From assembly GCA_963703955.1 (NCBI GenBank), contig CAVPGK010000015.1:96001-160000 (forward strand): a stretch of 64,000 nucleotides of DNA. Reading direction: 5' to 3'. Made by a program: the position numbers and the translations under genes. Under the pieces are notes generated by a model that had not been told where the DNA came from, made no database searches, and saw only the letters and a program-made list of their open reading frames with translations. This document shows positions 29,247 to 38,161 of the stretch, piece after piece; within the stretch, counting starts at the first letter, position 1, and each line of letters opens with the position of its first letter. This stretch comes from Nitrospirota bacterium. Lineage in GTDB: Bacteria; Nitrospirota; Nitrospiria; Nitrospirales; Nitrospiraceae.

Positions 29247-30737
29247 TCAGCCGCGGGTATCACGGCGTTGAGTTTTCGACAAGAGTCCATGCAACTTGTT
29301 CATCGTCGCTTCAAACTCGGTGGGATTAAAGACCGACCCACCCCGAGTCTCCTTATAGAGAACGTCGATCGTATCTTTTATCGTTTTTGACTCGGGCAGC
29401 GCCCCTGCGGTTTCAAGGTAAGCATCATACAGACTTGCCAGGGCAAGCACAGCCTGCTCGGCGGCTAGAAAATCAGATCCCGTGAGACCAATCCGATCAC
29501 CGGAGATGTTTTTCATCAGTGATAAGACACTTTGCTGCGTGAAGGTGAACTGGCCAACTTGTGAAACCAGTTTGTCGGAGAGTGCAAGGAGCCTACTGAA
29601 GGTCCCATTAGGCGATCCCTGGGAAATTTCCTTCTTTGTCAGCTCCTCGTGAAACGTCCTCATTAATTGCTCGAGGTGCTTTCCTTCATCTGATGCAGCC
29701 AGATTCACGACATGGCGAAAGACCGCGTAGCTTGAAGAATTCCATACCAACTGACCGGGCTTGCCTTCGTAATCTCTTCTCCGCCACCTCTGTTCACTCT
29801 TATCCTTCTCGGTGAGGCCATGCAAGCGATCGACTACCGCATGATGGCACGCAAAACAATCGAAGTGGGTAAAGTCCGGCCAGTGCCCGAAACTGGTATG
29901 TCGGCTTTCTGTTAAACGCTTTATCTCGTTGCGGAACGCTGCGGCCTGACCGATCGCCCATACTCGGGTGCTGAGCCATTCGCGGTCTTTTTTCTCTTGG
30001 GGGGGGCGCCAGTGGGGCGGCATCACGTAGGTATAGTTGTCGATCTCGAAAGTCAAGCGCGGGTGGCCCGCTCCGATAAGCTCATGAGTCACTTCCTTTC
30101 CATCAGCCCCCGCATGGCATTCGAGGCACTTCTCAGCACGCTTGACAAAGTCCTTCATATTGTTCATTCCGAGGGACGTCGCCTTTTGCCGGTCAAAGCC
30201 CGGCCGGATATGGGGGTTGAGCCATTTTTCGGCTGGGCCATGGCAGGCCTCGCAACTTACCGAGTCCGTTATGTCGTAGAACGGTCCTTGGCGGGCTGGG
30301 CTGACTGGCACCGCATGACAGACAAGGCATCGCTCACTGTCTTCCGGCTTGGCGATCTTCAGGTTTCTGGCAATGGTTTTGGCGTCCGCGCTCGTGAGGA
30401 CTTCATAAGCTTTGGCGTGCCTGTCTTTCTGCGACCAAATGTAAAACTCATTCTGTCCAATGCGCAATTTGTTACGCGCCGTGCTGTTTCCGTGGCAGTC
30501 GCTCCCACTACAAGAGGAAGCGCCCATATACTTGTAGAGATCATCAGAGTTGGTTTTTCCCGAGACTGCTGGATCCTTGTTTTCAGCGAGCGACTCTCTA
30601 TGCCATGCAGGCCGAGCAATGAAGACGCACAAGACGGTAAAGATACTTATGTCTATTAGTCCATGCGTGACCGTTCTCTTTGCTGATCCCTGTGTTATCA
30701 AGAGCAATCGTTTACGAATACAACCCTCCCGCAGCAA
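29247..30737 (-). CDS. Periplasmic pentaheme cytochrome c (c554/c552-like) with a helical C-terminus
   Basis: CSGSDCH (CX4CH), CLVCH, CEACHGP, CLECH, CFACH; N-terminal hydrophobic segment; start uncertain. Confidence 0.88.
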   Translation of the reverse strand: MLREGCIRKRLLLITQGSAKRTVTHGLIDISIFTVLCVFIARPAWHRESLAENKDPAVSGKTNSDDLYKYMGASSCSGSDCHGNSTARNKLRIGQNEFYIWSQKDRHAKAYEVLTSADAKTIARNLKIAKPEDSERCLVCHAVPVSPARQGPFYDITDSVSCEACHGPAEKWLNPHIRPGFDRQKATSLGMNNMKDFVKRAEKCLECHAGADGKEVTHELIGAGHPRLTFEIDNYTYVMPPHWRPPQEKKDREWLSTRVWAIGQAAAFRNEIKRLTESRHTSFGHWPDFTHFDCFACHHAVVDRLHGLTEKDKSEQRWRRRDYEGKPGQLVWNSSSYAVFRHVVNLAASDEGKHLEQLMRTFHEELTKKEISQGSPNGTFSRLLALSDKLVSQVGQFTFTQQSVLSLMKNISGDRIGLTGSDFLAAEQAVLALASLYDAYLETAGALPESKTIKDTIDVLYKETRGGSVFNPTEFEATMNKLHGLLSKTQRRDTRG

Positions 30738-31097
30738 CGGGTTATCGAGCAGCTGCTCTCTTCGTTGGCAGGGCGGGGCTGCCCAGCGGATTCTGTGTCG
30801 TTAGGCGGCCACGATCCTACCATAGGGTGTCAAGAGATTCTATCCACGTTCCGTCTGGCATCATGGATACGGCTGGTCCGAATTGCTTCCGGAAGTGACC
30901 GCTCAGGTGAGCGGTCTGAAAGACTTGAGACCGCCCTTGTGATCGGTAGCGCCCGCTCGCCTTAATTAGGCGGGGCAGTTATCAGCTTGACAACGCCAAA
31001 TGAGTATGCCAAAAGAGAGCCCGTCGGGACTATCATCAAAAAGGTTTGACGTTCCGCTTGATCGAGAATGTCATTCTCCAAGGAGGGGGGAAATGCC

Positions 31098-31559
31098 ATG
31101 ACGACCAGAAGATTGTTATCTAAAGGCCTATTCGTTCATGTCTCACTTGCCGTAGGCGTGTTGCTGGGGATGGTTACCCTAGCGGTCCAAGCTGCCGCGC
31201 CTCCCGAGAAGATCGAGATCGTTATCAAGGAAGGTGAAGCGAAGGTGGTACGCGGCTCCACGCTCAACGGAGTTCTGACCGAGATCAGCGTCCGCAATGA
31301 AGACACCATCACGCACGGGTTCAATTCCTCGATATTCGGGAAAGATACCAAAGTCGAGATGTCGGGTGGCTACCATGCAGACGTAAAAGGGCCGCATGTG
31401 TATCGAGTGGACCCAGGAAAGACGATGGTGCTTAAATTCACCTTGCCACCTCAATCCGGGGGCGAAACCATGACGTATGCATTCTGGTGCGACATGCACC
31501 GCTCTCTGAGGGGAGAAATGCTAGTTGTGGAGCAGACGGGGGAGATCGGTGGTGGATAA
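31098..31559 (+). CDS. Secreted cupredoxin-domain protein (axial Met replaced by Leu)
   Basis: Signal peptide; RNEDTITHGF; YAFWCDMHRSLRGEMLVV. Confidence 0.8.
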   Translation: MTTRRLLSKGLFVHVSLAVGVLLGMVTLAVQAAAPPEKIEIVIKEGEAKVVRGSTLNGVLTEISVRNEDTITHGFNSSIFGKDTKVEMSGGYHADVKGPHVYRVDPGKTMVLKFTLPPQSGGETMTYAFWCDMHRSLRGEMLVVEQTGEIGGG

Positions 31560-31645
31560 GACGGAGACCGCAGTTATCTGAGAACCTGTGGTGTCGGATC
31601 GGATGAAGCGGTTCCCCACAATGGGTCGCTGCAGCGTCATTCCGC

Positions 31646-32245
31646 TTAATGAGCCTGTTGGCTCAGCGGAAAAATGATCACAAGCGCTCCCATGACATCA
31701 TCTATTTTGAAATCCGTCTTCGGGCTGTCGCGGTGTGAGTTGTGGCACCCGATACACACAGTTGTGACAGCCCGATCGGCGTAGACCGCTCCGAAAAACT
31801 GCTCCCCGCCGCGACCGATGATGCCGGAATAGGGCCTGTCTGGATGAATTTGAACCTCTTCAAGGCCTCGCCGCTCGAATTCAGTGACTGGTATATTTGC
31901 CTTGTTGATTGGCCACTGACTGATCAGGTGATAGCGGACCTTCTGGCCGGTTAATTCGGCCATCTCGCTCGTCTCTTTTAGGAACTGAACAGGTAAGGGT
32001 AATGAGTTCGTTTCCCGCCAGTTTTCCGATACGTCAACAATCCCCTCTTGTAGCAGCCGGTTGGCGATGTGGATTGTGTAAAACTCCCGGTGAGCCATGA
32101 TCACGGCGTGCAAATAGTCAGCAACGGTTTGTGGAGGAATACCCCTCGGAGTCCCGAAGTCCTTCTCGACGGCGGTGACGCTCGAGATAACCAGCACCCC
32201 GATCACTACAATGACTGCAACCCACGTCAAGGTTTTACTGGTCAT
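31646..32245 (-). CDS. DUF3365/Tll0287-like monoheme cytochrome c
   Basis: N-terminal TM; LPLP, PIN..N.P..EFE, CIGCHN, FKIDDVMGA. Confidence 0.88.
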   Translation of the reverse strand: MTSKTLTWVAVIVVIGVLVISSVTAVEKDFGTPRGIPPQTVADYLHAVIMAHREFYTIHIANRLLQEGIVDVSENWRETNSLPLPVQFLKETSEMAELTGQKVRYHLISQWPINKANIPVTEFERRGLEEVQIHPDRPYSGIIGRGGEQFFGAVYADRAVTTVCIGCHNSHRDSPKTDFKIDDVMGALVIIFPLSQQAH

Positions 32246-32512
32246 GATTTCCCTCCTTCCCTAAGGGACTGGCCTCGTCAGGTAGCTCAAACGTAGACTC
32301 TCCCATATGTGAGGTCTCGTCAGGTCCATTCTTCTTGAATCCGCGAAAAGCCTACGCCGAAAAACCAGAATAATCTATCAATTTGACTGAACTGGCAGGG
32401 CTCAATAAACACAAAGCCCGCCATATAGGTTGAAAAAATGGTGCCTGGCCATTTCATGACATCGCCTGCTGTCCCCAAGTCCAACTGGCCAGAGACACAC
32501 AATCCACGTGCG

Positions 32513-34300
32513 CTAGGGCGAGGAAAGGTTCGCAGGGACTGAAGGGGGTGAAGCCTGCCCTTTCTTAAACTCTTCGATGGAGTACGGCTGATCTCCAGGC
32601 TTCTGTGCCTGGGACTTGTCGTGATAGACGTGACACGTCAGGCACTGCGTGCGCGCCCCCCCTGGCTCAAAATGGCAATTCCGGCAAGACGCGATCCCGG
32701 GCAGCAGAACGTCCTTGGTCTTTACGCTTCTGGGAGCCGCCTCGTGGCAGGCGACGCACTTGAGGAGGTTGTGAGCTTTGTGATCGAAGGTGCTGTAAGG
32801 TAACCAGCGCTCCGGCATGTCGGTCTTCACGATCGTGGGAAGCATCGGGGACTCTGACACGCGAGTGCTGGACTTTGCTCCACCGAACTGCGTTGACTGA
32901 GAAGCCCCAGCGGGAATGTCTAGCAGATGACAGAGCGCGCACTTACCTTTTTTCGCCTGTGAACCTGGGGGCCCCATAAGCAGCCGTTCCGACTCTTCCA
33001 CCATGCCGTTGACCCACATCTCCTCTTTAGGCCTGGGCGCGCCGGGCAACCGCCTCGCGGGCCCTCTGGCCTTCAGCTCAGGCTGGTGTTGCAGAAGATA
33101 GTACTCTGCATACGTTGCGCGAAGGAACCGGTCCACCTCCTCCAGAGCCTCTCCATGCGGGACAGTCTTCCCCGGCAAGCGCTCGTCGAAATCAAGAAGA
33201 TGGCACCGCATGCAATCCTTTTCATACTTCACCGGACGCATGTAAGCCCCTTGCTGGTCGCCTTGATGACAACTGGCGCAGGACAGTTGCTCCGGACCAT
33301 CGGGGCCCATAAGGTCCGGCTTCAGGTGGAGGTGGTGGTTGAACGTGATGGTCGCCGCATCCACCACTTGTTTGCCCTCGTCGAGCCCCACTCGTTGAAC
33401 AGCGTACCCCGGCCGCAACACTGAAATCGCAAATTCAGGATGGTCAGCCATGAAACTGTGGATCGCCGTCGTAATCGGCATGCGGGGTTCCTTGACCTTG
33501 AGGTCCGCGTGGCACTGAACGCAGCCCGCGAACACAGCAGTCAGACCCGCCTGGCCCCTGTGCTCAACGTGACAGCTGGCGCATTGCGGCGCCGGGCTGA
33601 ACGCCTGCTTGCTAAAATGCGGCGGCCCGCTGTGGCAGCTCAGACAGGTTTTGTCCGGCACGCCGGTGAGAACCGGGTTCCAAGCCACATGACAGCGCAC
33701 GCAGTCGTTGGCGAAGAGGCGATGCTTCATAGAAATCGATCCGGGCATGAACACCAAATGCTTCCCCAGCGCAGAGACTAGGGCGCTTCCCCCCAACACC
33801 ACCAGGACGGCCAAAAGGGTCACCGTGGTTTTATTGAAGTACCGGCCCTGAAGCTGGTAGGCCGCGAGCAAGTGAAATTTCTCGTCGCGCATCTTGGATG
33901 TAGGCGTGGGCGGGAGCGCTCCTAGCGCCGCCGTTGGCGGAGCCTCGCGCACGAGATCCGCAAGGACTTCGTACTCGATCGTGAAAGGTGAGGTCGGATT
34001 TGGCCGAGCAAACCGAAAGGTGTAAGGTCCGATTCGGATCACGCCGGCCTCGGGTAGGACGATCTCCTTGACGGGTACGTCGTTTACCCACGTAAGGTTC
34101 AGGATACTGAGGTCACGGAGTACATAGCATTCGCCCTCTTCTCGAATGACGGCGTGGTGGAGCTGGACTGAATGATCGTCCAGATGCAGGTCGTTGTCAG
34201 TCCCACGGCCGATACGGAGGGTTGTGCCAGAGAGTTCGGTCATCTGACTCTTCTCGCCGCCAGGTCCCAGCTTCTCCTTCGCGATGATCACAAACGGCAT
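32513..34300 (-). CDS. FHA domain - TM - decaheme cytochrome c
   Basis: LRIGRGTDND...HHAVI...DL...N.TWVN; one TM; ten CxxCH motifs. Confidence 0.9.
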   Translation of the reverse strand: MPFVIIAKEKLGPGGEKSQMTELSGTTLRIGRGTDNDLHLDDHSVQLHHAVIREEGECYVLRDLSILNLTWVNDVPVKEIVLPEAGVIRIGPYTFRFARPNPTSPFTIEYEVLADLVREAPPTAALGALPPTPTSKMRDEKFHLLAAYQLQGRYFNKTTVTLLAVLVVLGGSALVSALGKHLVFMPGSISMKHRLFANDCVRCHVAWNPVLTGVPDKTCLSCHSGPPHFSKQAFSPAPQCASCHVEHRGQAGLTAVFAGCVQCHADLKVKEPRMPITTAIHSFMADHPEFAISVLRPGYAVQRVGLDEGKQVVDAATITFNHHLHLKPDLMGPDGPEQLSCASCHQGDQQGAYMRPVKYEKDCMRCHLLDFDERLPGKTVPHGEALEEVDRFLRATYAEYYLLQHQPELKARGPARRLPGAPRPKEEMWVNGMVEESERLLMGPPGSQAKKGKCALCHLLDIPAGASQSTQFGGAKSSTRVSESPMLPTIVKTDMPERWLPYSTFDHKAHNLLKCVACHEAAPRSVKTKDVLLPGIASCRNCHFEPGGARTQCLTCHVYHDKSQAQKPGDQPYSIEEFKKGQASPPSVPANLSSP

Positions 34301-34311
34301 ACGGCGCTCGG

Positions 34312-35145
34312 CTAGTAATACAAAACCACAAGGAGGTGGATGCCCACGGCCGCCACCATGGCGATCGAGACAGGCACATGCACGTACAACCAGGCCTGGA
34401 GCCCATTCTTCAAGCGCATCTGGCCCGCCAGATAGGCCTCAAGTTCCGTCTTCCGCATGACCAGGCCGACAAACTTCGAAAAGGCTTCCTGATCGGACGA
34501 CGAGACACCCGCAAGCTGTTCATGAAGGTCATGCGTCCGCTGAGCCAAGATGGCATTGGGATCAACAGGCGTAAACAGGATGGGCCATCCCTGAGGCTTG
34601 AGTTCGCGGTACTGACGGACCTCCTCCTGGTAGAGGTGTTGAAAGATGCCGGGCTTGTCGGCGCCGAGTTGTCTCATCTCTTTGAGGATCTGATTGATCC
34701 CCGCCTCAATCGTCTCCGGGAGCATGCCTCTCTCATGCAACGTGAGGATCAGCGGGACCGTGAGATAAATGCGGAGCCCCACAATCCCGCTGAGCACCAC
34801 GACTACCAGCAGAACATAGGCGAGGGTATGGACATTCCATCCAAATCGAAAGCCAGCATGCATAGGGATGATCAGGAGAGTCAAAAGTCCGAGGTACACA
34901 TGGGCACTCGTCCAACCCTGAAGCGTGCCGAGGTGGGAGAAGTACCAGCGTTTCCGAATGCCCAGGAACATGAGCACCAGAATCGCGATCAGCCCGATCC
35001 ATCCATACACGAGACCCCAGACAGTGCTCCCAGAGGGAATTGTGGTGCGGCTGTAATAGGAATAGCTGAGGAGAAGGGCAACCGCTCCGATCACCGAGCC
35101 CCTCAGATAACGCTTCCTCCCATATGTCAGTAGCGTCCCTTGCAC
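34312..35145 (-). CDS. Integral membrane protein, putative diheme-b (ferric reductase-like TM) subunit
   Basis: About 5 TM segments; two helices each with H-X13-H (HVYLGLLTLLIIPMH, HVPVSIAMVAAVGIH). Confidence 0.8.
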   Translation of the reverse strand: MQGTLLTYGRKRYLRGSVIGAVALLLSYSYYSRTTIPSGSTVWGLVYGWIGLIAILVLMFLGIRKRWYFSHLGTLQGWTSAHVYLGLLTLLIIPMHAGFRFGWNVHTLAYVLLVVVVLSGIVGLRIYLTVPLILTLHERGMLPETIEAGINQILKEMRQLGADKPGIFQHLYQEEVRQYRELKPQGWPILFTPVDPNAILAQRTHDLHEQLAGVSSSDQEAFSKFVGLVMRKTELEAYLAGQMRLKNGLQAWLYVHVPVSIAMVAAVGIHLLVVLYY

Positions 35146-35195
35146 CGCTCGACGAAACCCTTTGATACCTTCGGTTATGCGATCGCCTTTGCCAA

Positions 35196-37556
35196 CTAGT
35201 CCCTGACAACCTTGATCCGATCAAAGAATTCTGCGGGACTGACCCGGAACGCCGCACCGGTGGGGCAGCTTCGCACGCAAGCCGGCCCGGCGGGATCGTT
35301 CCGGCAGAGATCGCACTTCACAGCCTTGGTCGGCTGCTCATCCGGGGTCATCTCTTCCGACGTGAGACCGATCAGACCCAGAAGTCGCCCCAACGCGCCG
35401 GTCTTAGGCTTCTGACGCATCATGAAGATCACGCCATAGGGGCAATTCGCCGCGCATTTGCCACACCCTATGCACTTGCCCTCGTCCACATAGACCTCGC
35501 CCCTGGGATCACGGCGGATGGCGTCGCCCGGCGGGCAATCAGTGAGACAGAGAGGATTCTCGCAATGGCGACAGGAGGTAGGAACCTTCAGAGCCCCGAA
35601 AAGGGCTCCCTCATGGCGATACAGACGCGTTTGGCCGTTGTGCGTCGCCGCACAGGCCGTCACACAGTTATCACACCGAACACACTTGCTCTCGTCAATC
35701 AGCAGGACATCGGTCCCCTGAAAGATGCCCTCGTTCAACAGTTCATCAAGGTGCCCTGACCCCGCCGAACCCATCAACTGCAAGGCCTGATACTCGATGA
35801 GCCGGCGTTCCATGGTTTGACGGAGAGTCCTCCGGAGTTCAGGGAATCTCTCCAGCATGATGTCAAAATCATCCTTCCTTATCAGAATGACTTCGGTTAG
35901 GGTGGTAGCCGTCACAGTGGCAATTCGATGTGAGTCCTGGGGGCTAAGTAGAGCAATCTCTCCAAAATACTGGCCGGCCGGGAGGTATTTCAGCACAATC
36001 TCATTGTGCCTCTCCCGCTTGCAGAGTTTGACCGAGCCGGAGCGGATCAGATAGAAGGCGTCCCCGATATCACCCTCCTTGAAGATGACCTCATCTTTCT
36101 GAAAGGACTTGATCTCGGCGTGCTGCGCTAACTCTTGCACGAAGCCCTCACCGCCGTCTGGAATGAGATGGGTCTGAATCGCCCGAGCGATGAACGCTTC
36201 GTCCAGAGATCGCCTGACCGACGGCTCGCTCGCCATCAGCTGGAGCATGGCCTTACGGGGTATTTCGAGCAGCGTGGCCGAACTCACGGTCGTGACCGTG
36301 CCTGATCTTCGGCGGCCTGAGAACAGGCTCATCTCGCCGAAGAAGGCGCCTTGTTTGAGAATCAACGGGTACCCCAATGGCAACGAGATCCCAACCTCCC
36401 CGTCCAGAATCATATACAGACTATCGGTGAACTCGTTCTCTTCAAAGACGACATGCCCTAGGGGCATTCGACGGATAGTCGCTTGCAGGAGCAGCTCACG
36501 GAGAGATTGAATCGGGACCTTGGCCAATAGCGGAATGGTTCGGGCAATGTGGGCCAACCGATCATTGATGCTTCCTTCAAGGAAATTCAGTTTTTCCCTG
36601 AGGAGCGGTGCCTCTACCGGCTCGATTTGGCGCCCCAGGATGTGCTCGACGACTTCGTAGCCATGGTTGATTCCTTGCTTGATGAGGTTGTAGCCGGCCA
36701 CTGCTCCAATCAGGTAGAGGCCAGGAATGCTCGACTCGTAATGCTCTGAGAGGATAGGAAGCGAGCTGGGGTCCTGGGATGTAAAGGTTACCCCGCATTT
36801 CTCTAAGAACGGCCTGGGCAAGGAGGCTCCGATACGGATGACCACAAGGTCGGCTTTCACCCTCACCACGCCATCGGGGATCAACACGACCGTATGCCCC
36901 GGCTCGAACCGGTCGATAGTGGCGCTGTGAAAGGCGACCACCTTCTTGGCTTTTAGCTTCTCGGTGATCTGGCGATCCAGCGCGTCCTTGAGCCGGTAAA
37001 ATTCCCTGCTGCGGTTGATCACGTAGACCCGATTCTTCTCGCACAGCGCCAGGACCCCTTCGATCGCGGCGTCGCCGGCGCCGACCATCATGATATCCAA
37101 ATCTTCATAGCTGAACGGATCGGTCATCTTATAGGTCACGTGCGGGAAGCCTTCCCCCGGCTTGCCGACCCGGTTGGGATTTCCCTGAACGCCGATGGCG
37201 AGAATGACGTGCTTGGCCTGATAGGTAGCCTTATCGGACCTGATGCTGAAAACGGCGTCCTTCTTGACGACCTCCTGGACCAGTTCAGGCCGATTGACCT
37301 GGACCTGAAATTTCCCGACCGCATCGTGCCAAGTCTGGAGAATCAGCTCCCGGGTTCCGGGTTCAAACGGCAAATCGCTGCGGAGGGGAATCATGGAGGG
37401 TTCGGCCATCACGTGCTTTTTCTTCTGATAGTCGAAGACCGTGTTGGCAAGCTCGCCTTTCTCGAGAATGAGAACGCTCAGGCCATTTTTCTTAGCATGA
37501 CACGCCGCGCTCAATCCCGCGGGCCCTGCTCCAACAACCAGCAGATCATAAATCAT
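35196..37556 (-). CDS. FAD/NAD(P)H oxidoreductase - 2x cNMP-binding - 4x[4Fe-4S] fusion protein
   Basis: GAGPAG, GAGDAA, PGLYLIG; FFGEMSL...RSGTV and YFGEIAL...RIATV; four Cys4 groups (DmsB/NrfC-type). Confidence 0.92.
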   Translation of the reverse strand: MIYDLLVVGAGPAGLSAACHAKKNGLSVLILEKGELANTVFDYQKKKHVMAEPSMIPLRSDLPFEPGTRELILQTWHDAVGKFQVQVNRPELVQEVVKKDAVFSIRSDKATYQAKHVILAIGVQGNPNRVGKPGEGFPHVTYKMTDPFSYEDLDIMMVGAGDAAIEGVLALCEKNRVYVINRSREFYRLKDALDRQITEKLKAKKVVAFHSATIDRFEPGHTVVLIPDGVVRVKADLVVIRIGASLPRPFLEKCGVTFTSQDPSSLPILSEHYESSIPGLYLIGAVAGYNLIKQGINHGYEVVEHILGRQIEPVEAPLLREKLNFLEGSINDRLAHIARTIPLLAKVPIQSLRELLLQATIRRMPLGHVVFEENEFTDSLYMILDGEVGISLPLGYPLILKQGAFFGEMSLFSGRRRSGTVTTVSSATLLEIPRKAMLQLMASEPSVRRSLDEAFIARAIQTHLIPDGGEGFVQELAQHAEIKSFQKDEVIFKEGDIGDAFYLIRSGSVKLCKRERHNEIVLKYLPAGQYFGEIALLSPQDSHRIATVTATTLTEVILIRKDDFDIMLERFPELRRTLRQTMERRLIEYQALQLMGSAGSGHLDELLNEGIFQGTDVLLIDESKCVRCDNCVTACAATHNGQTRLYRHEGALFGALKVPTSCRHCENPLCLTDCPPGDAIRRDPRGEVYVDEGKCIGCGKCAANCPYGVIFMMRQKPKTGALGRLLGLIGLTSEEMTPDEQPTKAVKCDLCRNDPAGPACVRSCPTGAAFRVSPAEFFDRIKVVRD

Positions 37557-37584
37557 AGAGGTAGCCTAATTGATCTTGTTTACT

Positions 37585-38001
37585 TTACGTGGCGAAAAAG
37601 ACGCGTCCCTTCACCGCCTTTTGCAATGCCGCCTTATGGACCGCCGCCACAAGCTCTGCCGGGCGGACCGGTTTAACCAGATAATCCATCACACCTTGCT
37701 CCATCTTCAACTTCTCGGCGTCTAGGAGATCAGGTGTCCCGGTCATCACAATCACAGGAATGGAGGGGAAATGCGAACGAAAGTACGTGATGGCCTCAAA
37801 CCCATTCATCTTGGGCATATACAGATCGCAGATGATGACATCCACCAACAGGGCATCCCCGTCTGATTTTTGGATGGCGGCAACCCCTTTCTCTCCTTCT
37901 TCGGCTTCGACCACATCATAGCCCGCCTGTGTCAGGATCAAACGGAGCATCTGCCTGAGATATGCATCATCATCGACCACCAGCACTCTTCCCAGTCCCA
38001 T
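37585..38001 (-). CDS. Single-domain response regulator (receiver)
   Basis: VLVVDDD, IICDLYMP, VMTG, DYLVKPV. Confidence 0.93.
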   Translation of the reverse strand: MGLGRVLVVDDDAYLRQMLRLILTQAGYDVVEAEEGEKGVAAIQKSDGDALLVDVIICDLYMPKMNGFEAITYFRSHFPSIPVIVMTGTPDLLDAEKLKMEQGVMDYLVKPVRPAELVAAVHKAALQKAVKGRVFFAT

Positions 38002-38161
38002 AGCATCCTCATATCAATTGATTCATTGAACTGTAAGAGACCCCTCTCTCTACGCGACCACAAAAGCGTGATCGCATTCTCCGTTCGAGACGTCTTGCCC
38101 CAATCGTTGGACCTCCTGCCATGCGACTCTATATGGTAAGTCCAGCACGAAAAGATTCGGA

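Noticed and set aside
38002..38161. Possible att site or duplicated tRNA-Gly fragment at the far end of the island
   Set aside because: Only short matches of about 6-7 bp (CTACGC, GACTCTA); not significant
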